From assembly GCA_018260275.1 (NCBI GenBank), contig JAGLBK010000001.1, positions 1 through 47,796 on the forward strand: 47,796 bases of DNA. Direction: 5' to 3'. The DNA is from Deinococcus sp. (lineage in GTDB: Bacteria > Deinococcota > Deinococci > Deinococcales > Deinococcaceae). Positions 41,713 through 47,796 of the stretch are shown in pieces (positions within the stretch are counted from its first letter, which is position 1; each line of letters starts with the position of its first letter). A model generated the notes under the pieces. The model ran no database searches. It was not told the DNA's origin and saw only the letters and a list, made by a program, of their open reading frames with translations. Position numbers and translations under genes: made by a program.

Positions 41713-43401
41713 ATGAAAAATATTTTTGCTGCCCTGAGCCTGACGTTGCTGCTTGCCGCCTGCAACGATTCCAAGAGCACCCCCGCCAAGTCCAGCACGC
41801 CCGTCAATGTGACGGTCCTGGGTCTGAACGACTTCCACGGCAATCTGGAAGCGACCAATTTCAAGATTCCTGACCCGGCAGACGCCACCAAGCAGATCCC
41901 TATCCTGGCGGGCGGGGCCGAACTGATCGGCGGATACGTCCAGCAGGAAAAGACCAAGAACCCCAACCAGCTTTTCGTGGGGGCAGGCGACCTGATCGGG
42001 GCCTCGCCCGTGACCAGCAGCCTGCTGCGTGACGAACCCACGGTGCTGGCGCTGAGCCAGATGGGCATGAAGGTCAGCAGTCTGGGTAACCACGAGTTCG
42101 ACCAGGGCCTCAAGGAACTCAAACGCATGCAAAACGGTGGCTGTGACAGCAATGACACCAGCAAGGCCTGCAAGTTCCAGAACCCGTACCCCGGCGCGAG
42201 CTTCAAGTGGCTGGGAGCCAACGTGGTGGACAAGACCACCGGTAAGACCGCCTTCGACCCTTACGAAATTGAGACGGTGGGCAACGTCAAGATCGCCTTT
42301 ATCGGGGCCGTGCTCAAGGGCACGCCTAACATCGTCAGCCCTAACGGGATCGCCACGCTTAACTTTCTGGACGAGGCCGAGAGCATCAACAAGTATGTCC
42401 CCGAGCTGAAAGCCAAAGGCGTGGACGCGATCATCGTCCTGATTCACCAGGGCGGCGCGGCCAAGGACGGTTACGCGGTCCCGGCCTGCGGCACCCTGAC
42501 CGGGGATATCGTGGACATCGTCAATCGCCTCGATCCCGCCGTGAACGCCGTGATCAGCGGGCACACCCACCAGGGCTACAACTGCGTGGTGAATGGGCGC
42601 ACCGTCATTCAGGGCGACTTTTACGGGCACCTGCTCCAGCGCCTGGACCTGACCATTACGCCCAGCAGCAAAAAGGTGGAGGTCAGGGCCATGAACGTGC
42701 TGATGGACAGCCGCACGCTGCCCAAGGACCCCGCCATGACCACGCTGGTCACCCATGCCAAGGCCCTGACCGACGCGGTCAAACAGGCCCCGGTGGGCAC
42801 CATCGCCACGGCCAGCATCAGCAGGACCAACAATGCAGCGGGCGAAAGTGCGCTGGGTGACATGATCGCCGACTCCATGCTGGCGGGCACGGCGGCGCAG
42901 AATACGCAGATCGCCTTTATGAACCCTGGTGGGCTGCGCGCCGACCTGATTGCCAGCGGCGCTGGGAATAGCGTGACTTACGGTGACCTGTACGCTGTGC
43001 AGCCGTTCGGCAACAACATGACCGTGATGGACATGACCGGCGCACAGATCAAGGCCATGCTGGAAGAACAGTTCGACAACGGCGGCACCGTTGGGGCGAC
43101 CAAAGTGCTGCAGATCAGTAAGGGACTGACCTACAGCTACGACAGCACCGCAGCCAAGGGCAGCCGGATCGACGCGAGCAGCCTCAAGCTGAACGGGACT
43201 GTGCTGGACCCCGCCAAGAACTACCGCATCGTGACGAACTCGTTCCTGGCTGGCGGCGGCGACGGCTTCACGACCTTCAAGAGCGGAATCAACGTGCTGC
43301 AACTCCCGAACGTCGTCGACATCGATGTTTTCGTGGCTTACATCAAGGCCAACCCTGGTGTGGCAGGTGGCGCACAGAACCGCATTACCAAAACTAAGTA
43401 A
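41713..43401 (+). CDS. 5'-nucleotidase / bifunctional metallophosphatase lipoprotein
   Basis: Lipobox LAAC; NDFHG, GDLIG, GNHEFD, GHTH, NPGGLR, QPFGN, GGDGF. Confidence 0.93.
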   Translation: MKNIFAALSLTLLLAACNDSKSTPAKSSTPVNVTVLGLNDFHGNLEATNFKIPDPADATKQIPILAGGAELIGGYVQQEKTKNPNQLFVGAGDLIGASPVTSSLLRDEPTVLALSQMGMKVSSLGNHEFDQGLKELKRMQNGGCDSNDTSKACKFQNPYPGASFKWLGANVVDKTTGKTAFDPYEIETVGNVKIAFIGAVLKGTPNIVSPNGIATLNFLDEAESINKYVPELKAKGVDAIIVLIHQGGAAKDGYAVPACGTLTGDIVDIVNRLDPAVNAVISGHTHQGYNCVVNGRTVIQGDFYGHLLQRLDLTITPSSKKVEVRAMNVLMDSRTLPKDPAMTTLVTHAKALTDAVKQAPVGTIATASISRTNNAAGESALGDMIADSMLAGTAAQNTQIAFMNPGGLRADLIASGAGNSVTYGDLYAVQPFGNNMTVMDMTGAQIKAMLEEQFDNGGTVGATKVLQISKGLTYSYDSTAAKGSRIDASSLKLNGTVLDPAKNYRIVTNSFLAGGGDGFTTFKSGINVLQLPNVVDIDVFVAYIKANPGVAGGAQNRITKTK

Positions 43402-43407
43402 GCAGCT

Positions 43408-43445
43408 AAAAAAAGGGGGCCTTGCTAGAAAGCGGGGCCCCTTTT
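43408..43445. terminator. Bidirectional intrinsic terminator
   Basis: A-run, GGGGGCCTTGCT / AGCGGGGCCCC stem, TTTT. Confidence 0.7.
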
Positions 43446-43493
43446 GCACTGCATACCGTTATGACCTTCACCCAGTTCTGACCTTTACTGTGA

Positions 43494-43531
43494 CTGGACC
43501 AGCAGACTGAAGACGCAATCTGCTGGTCCAG
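43494..43531. terminator. 13-bp perfect stem-loop
   Basis: CTGGACCAGCAGA / TCTGCTGGTCCAG between convergent genes. Confidence 0.5.
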
Positions 43532-43557
43532 CTCATATCAGAGGACCGAGTGGCTTA

Positions 43558-43703
43558 AGGAGCTCCCGGCTACAATTACGCGAGTCGGGGAAAAGCGCCC
43601 AAACCCGCTCTGCAAGCAGCTCTACGAGTCCACTTCCGCCCAGAGCTCCTTTTGCTTACTCGCTTTGCTCGGGGCAATGATGCATTATCACCCGGCAGGT
43701 ACT
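43558..43703 (-). mobile_element. SNR/MITE-like element E, copy 2 (TA-flanked)
   Basis: Reverse-complement homolog of 10614-10760; starts within the Omp85 TAA stop. Confidence 0.85.
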
Positions 43704-46093
43704 TACCAGAACCGCCCCAGCCGCAATGCAAAGCGTCCATTGCCGCTGCTGCTCTGGCCGTAGGTCAACTGCACGTTGAGCAGGCTGGTGTTGACCTGTG
43801 CGCCCACCCCGTAAGCCACTTTCAGGCCGAAGGGATTGTCGCCGTTGTGGCTGGTCCAGGCGTCTCCGGCATCGACAAAGGCCAGGCCGTAAACACCCGA
43901 AACGTAATCGCCGAGTTTGACGCCGAAGTTGTGGCGCAGCTCGGCGCTGCTGGTCAGGTAGCTGGTGCCGTGCAGCGTGCTGGACTGACCCCGGATTTCA
44001 TAAGCCGGGTCAAAGACGCTGGTGCCCACCGTAAAGACGTTGCTTTCGCCGCCCGTGCCGACGATGGTGCCCGCGTTGACGCGCCCGGCGATAACTTCCT
44101 GCTTGCTGCCGTCATCCAGGGTGCGCCCGAACCCGTAGTAGGTGCTGCTTCCGGCCTCGACCTGCCCCCACGACAGCGAAGCGCCGTCGCTCTGGCGGCC
44201 CATGCCGTACCCCAGGGTCGCCTGGGCCCGGACCCCGAAACTCGGCGCGAGCACCGAATCGGTGGTGTCGTACTGCAAGCCGAGCTTGGGCATGACGGTG
44301 GTGGCTCCTAGCGGCAGTTGCACGGTGGCGGCGGCGTCATCCTGATAGGTGGCCCGGTTCGCGGGGGTGGTCGACGACGAATCGCCGGATTTGTAAGGTT
44401 CGAGGTAATACTTGCTCGACGAGACGGCAATCCCGGCGGAGGCCATCAGGTTGGGTTTGAGGGTGCGGGCCGCCGTCGCATTGAACCCCGTCGAGCGCAC
44501 GGTGTACTGCCGACCGGTGTCCAGGCTGGTCGGCAGGCCATCGCTGCCCTTGACGTACAGGGCATTGTTGCCGACCGCATTGCTGCCCAGGCTAAGGCTG
44601 AGGCTGGTCGGGTGCCGGGCAAAATCCAGGAAGTTGGAATTGATCCAGGGAATGGAATAGTTGACGCTGCCGCTGAAGCGCTGCCCGACATCGTTGGCGT
44701 TGGCCCCCAGGGTCAGGTTAAGGCCCTGCCCAGAGTTCATCAGGTTGTTGGTCCCAAAACCCAGCTGTCCGCCCACACCGTTTTGGTCATAGGTTGCGGC
44801 GGCGCTGACCGGCAAGGAATGCTTTCTTTCGGCGAAGGTGAGCACGAAGGTCAGCTGCTCGGGGTGCTCGGGATCGTCGACCCGCGTGTCCTGACCCGTG
44901 AACATGATGTTGTCGTAACTTTGCAGCTGCGATACCGCGCCGCGCATCTGCTGGCGCTGAATAACCGTGCCGGGCGCGGGCAGAATGTGACGCACGACTT
45001 TCTCGTCGAGCAGGGGTTTGCTCGTGGGCCAGTTGAGGACATAACCGCCCACGCGGGCCTCGCGCAGATGGAACGCCAGAATGCCGTTGTCGAACGACAG
45101 GCTGTCCTCGGTGGCGGCCAGCGCATAGCCGCGCTCGTCATAGAGCTTCTGAATGGCGTAGAAATCCTGCTGGGCAAGCTGCGAGGTGGCAATATCGCCC
45201 TGGCGCAGCCGCATGACCTTAAGAATATCGGTACTGGAGATATGGTCATTGCCCTGAATGACGATGGCCCTGATGCGTTCGCCCTGCGCCGCGCCCTCGG
45301 GGCTGAAGGTCACGTTGACCTGTCCGGGCCGAGTGCCGACTTCAGCCTGCCACACGACCGGCTTTCCGGTGGCGTTCGACAGCGTGCGGGCGTCGTCGTT
45401 GAGGGTGGTGGCGCTCATGCCCTGCCCGGTGCGCGTGCTGAGGGGCACCGGGCGGCTGAGGTTCAGGCTGCTGGTATCGACTGCGGCGACAAAAGCTTCG
45501 GTGACGGCAAAACTGAGCACGCCGCCTTTGAGACTGGCCTCCACGTCCTGGGGACGAAAAATGTAGCCCGCCGCCGTATAAGCACGCGAAATCTGGGCCA
45601 GCGCCGCGTTGTAGCCTGAGGCGGTCAGACGCCTGGAATCGGTCAGGGGCTTGAAGATGGCCTGGAGCTGCACGGGCTGGATCAAAGTGACTCCAGTGAC
45701 ATTTACCCGCGACAGGGGCGCACTTTCGTCGACGCTGTAGGTGACGACCGTGTTGCCCCTGGCGTCCGGCGCGGTCTTCAGCTTGACTTCCGGGCTGAAC
45801 GGAAACCCTGACTCGGCGTAGGTCTGGGCAATACGCACCCGGCCTTCTTCCAGGGCCGCCGGGGTGACCTGACCGCCCGCCTTGATTCCGACCTGGCTGC
45901 CGAGCGCCTCAGCGATCTGCCTAGAATCGAACACCGAAAACCCCTCGAACTGTACGTCGCTGATAGTCAGCGTGGCCGTGGCCTGGGCGGTGGCGGGCGC
46001 CTGCGCCTTGGGGGTCTGGGCGGTGGGAGCAGGCGTCGCCGCTGAAGCCACACTCAGGGCAACGGTTAAGAGAACAGCAAAGGTACGGTTCAT
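43703..46093 (-). CDS. Omp85/BamA-family outer membrane protein with POTRA domains
   Basis: Signal peptide, POTRA repeats (Y...GY/F, IQGNDHI), barrel entry NNLMNSGQ, YSIPW, IRG, AFVDAG, YGVG, C-terminal RFW. Confidence 0.88.
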   Translation of the reverse strand: MNRTFAVLLTVALSVASAATPAPTAQTPKAQAPATAQATATLTISDVQFEGFSVFDSRQIAEALGSQVGIKAGGQVTPAALEEGRVRIAQTYAESGFPFSPEVKLKTAPDARGNTVVTYSVDESAPLSRVNVTGVTLIQPVQLQAIFKPLTDSRRLTASGYNAALAQISRAYTAAGYIFRPQDVEASLKGGVLSFAVTEAFVAAVDTSSLNLSRPVPLSTRTGQGMSATTLNDDARTLSNATGKPVVWQAEVGTRPGQVNVTFSPEGAAQGERIRAIVIQGNDHISSTDILKVMRLRQGDIATSQLAQQDFYAIQKLYDERGYALAATEDSLSFDNGILAFHLREARVGGYVLNWPTSKPLLDEKVVRHILPAPGTVIQRQQMRGAVSQLQSYDNIMFTGQDTRVDDPEHPEQLTFVLTFAERKHSLPVSAAATYDQNGVGGQLGFGTNNLMNSGQGLNLTLGANANDVGQRFSGSVNYSIPWINSNFLDFARHPTSLSLSLGSNAVGNNALYVKGSDGLPTSLDTGRQYTVRSTGFNATAARTLKPNLMASAGIAVSSSKYYLEPYKSGDSSSTTPANRATYQDDAAATVQLPLGATTVMPKLGLQYDTTDSVLAPSFGVRAQATLGYGMGRQSDGASLSWGQVEAGSSTYYGFGRTLDDGSKQEVIAGRVNAGTIVGTGGESNVFTVGTSVFDPAYEIRGQSSTLHGTSYLTSSAELRHNFGVKLGDYVSGVYGLAFVDAGDAWTSHNGDNPFGLKVAYGVGAQVNTSLLNVQLTYGQSSSGNGRFALRLGRFW

Positions 46094-46292
46094 GTCGGGT
46101 TCAGCCTACTGCCCAGCACGTTAAAAGCGTGAACGGAAAAGGGCGGCGCGGTCAGGTGGGCGTCAGTTTTTGGCGGTGTGCCGGGCAGAGCGCCGTATTG
46201 GGGGTCAAGTCTGGGATGCAAAGAACTGGCCCCCGCACGAAATGTACAGGGGGCCGGAAAAAGGACGGGCGGGAAGGAAAAGGAGCCACGGC

Positions 46293-47796
46293 TCACTCGG
46301 TCGGCACTTCCTGATGCTCGAAAGCCGACATCACCGGGCTGGAAACCAGCGGTTTGAAGTCCTCATCCCTGACCAGTTCCCAGCGGCGGCGGCCCAACAG
46401 CCCCAGACCGATTCCGCTGAGACCCATGAGGGCCAGCAGAGACATGAACTTGACATAGTCGCCTTCGTAGGCCCCGGTAATGGCGTGCCGCAGGGCATTG
46501 ACGGCCTGCGTGACCGGCACCCAGTTGTGAATCAGCTGAAAGCCGTAAGGCGAGGTCTCGACCGGGTAGCTGCCGCCAGACGCGGCCAGCTGAAGCACCA
46601 GCAGAATCAGCGCGATCAGGCGGCCCGCCGCGCCGAAGCAGAAGATCAGACCCAGCACTAGCGTCAGGAAGCTCAGGCTGGACAGGACCGACGTGGCGAC
46701 GACCTCCAGCGGGTGCAGGTAGTTGACGCCGAGCAGGTAAACTCCCAGCACCACCAGCAGCGCCTGGGCCACCACCAGCAGCGCGGGCACCGCCGCCTTG
46801 CGGAGCATGCGGGCAAACTGCGAGGTGCGGCGGCCCGAGAGCGGCAACTGCTGGTAAGGGAAGATGAAGGTGGTCAGCGTGACCCCCACCCACAGACTGA
46901 GGGCCATGAAATAGGGCGAGAAGGCGACGCCGTTTGTTCCGGCGGGCGCAAAGATTTCGGTCACGGGCCGGACGCTGGCGCTGAGGCCCTGCGGATCGCC
47001 GCCGAGCTGCTCGACACTGGCCGGAATTTTGCTATAGAGCGTGCTGAGGCCGCTGTGTAATTTAGACGCGCCGTCACTGAGTTCGCCCGCGCCACTCTGC
47101 AGTTTGCCCGCGCCGTCGGCCAGGGTGGTCAGGCCGCTACTCAGTTCCCCCGACTTCTCGGCCAGCGTTTTGGCCCCGCTGTCCAGGCGCGTCAGGTCCG
47201 ACTGGGCTGGCAGCTGCGAGGTGATGGTGCCCAGGGCGCCCTTGATTTTCAGGTTCCCCGCGACCAGCTGATCGACACCGGTCTGCAGCGACTTTGCCCC
47301 GCTGCCGAGGGTCCGCGCCCCGGTCGCCGCTTCCGCTGTTCTGGCGGCCAGGGTCGCGCTGCCCGTCTGGAGCTGGGCTGTGCCTGCGGCCAGTTTCGTG
47401 GCACCATCCGCCAGTTTTTGCGTGCCGGTGACTGCCGCTGCCGAACCCTGCTGGGCTTCTTTCAGCTTGCTTGACAGCGTAGTGGCTCCAGTTTCCAGTT
47501 GTGCCGTACCTGCGGCCAGTTTCGTGGCACCATCCGCCAGTTTCTGCGTGCCGGTGACTGCTGCTGCGGAACCCTGCTGGGCTTCTTGCAACTTGCTTGA
47601 TAGGGTCGTAGCCCCGGTTTCCAGTTGTGCCGTACCCGCCGCCAGCTTCGTTGCGCCGTCGGCCAGTTTCTGCGTGCCGGTGACTGCTGCTGCGGAACCC
47701 TGCTGGGCTTCTTGCAACTTGCTCGACAGGGTCGTGGCCCCGGTTTCAAGTTGGGCCGTACCCGCCGCCAGTTTCGTGGCACCATCCGCCAGTTAC
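46293..47796 (-). CDS. YhgE/Pip-family membrane protein, C-terminal part
   Basis: LADGATKL heptads, FSPYFMALSLWVG, QLAASGGSYPVE, TM block; in-frame TAA at 47795-47793 at the window edge. Confidence 0.85.
47389..47794 (-). repeat. 126-bp (42-aa) intragenic tandem repeat, more than 3 units
   Basis: QEAQQGSAAAVTGTQKLADGATKLAAGTAQLETGATTLSSKL repeated with mostly synonymous differences. Confidence 0.92.

Noticed and set aside
46090-46296. 68-aa ORF bridging Pip and Omp85 with overlaps at both ends
   Set aside because: Pro-rich, no recognisable features, spans a hairpin and promoter-like sequence; cannot be supported without homologs

Overview
GC-rich chromosomal segment, most likely from a Deinococcus species (SRE/SNR-type small repeats, leaderless -10 promoters, Omp85 family gene). 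Left to right: the start of a Tat-exported protein; a large-subunit catalase (katE); a ~1.1 kb intergenic tract with four separate inverted-repeat-bounded elements; a LacI-controlled polyol uptake/catabolism operon with three operators and no ATPase gene; a Zn-dehydrogenase/SRPBCC pair; a MarR-cytochrome P450-peroxiredoxin operon; a Wzx/Wzy polysaccharide locus (wzc, wbaP, wzx, O-acetyltransferase, three glycosyltransferases, wzy, rmlBACD) with an AT-rich core and a convergent O-antigen-ligase-like gene; a phosphomannomutase; algF-algI-algJ divergent from an HGSNAT/NagX-like acetyltransferase, a transglutaminase-like TPR protein and a deacetylase; a 5'-nucleotidase; an Omp85 protein; and a partial YhgE/Pip gene with 126-bp repeats. 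No rRNA, tRNA, transposase or cas gene was recognised. The least explained signals are the modular miniature elements (shared cargo under different ends, a ~20-nt micro-insertion, insertion at stop codons, compensatory base changes), an ~87-bp degenerate inverted repeat, a 31-bp repeat pair with 61-bp period, the acetylation/deacetylation module and the P450-peroxiredoxin operon. All calls come from reading the sequence; no searches were run.
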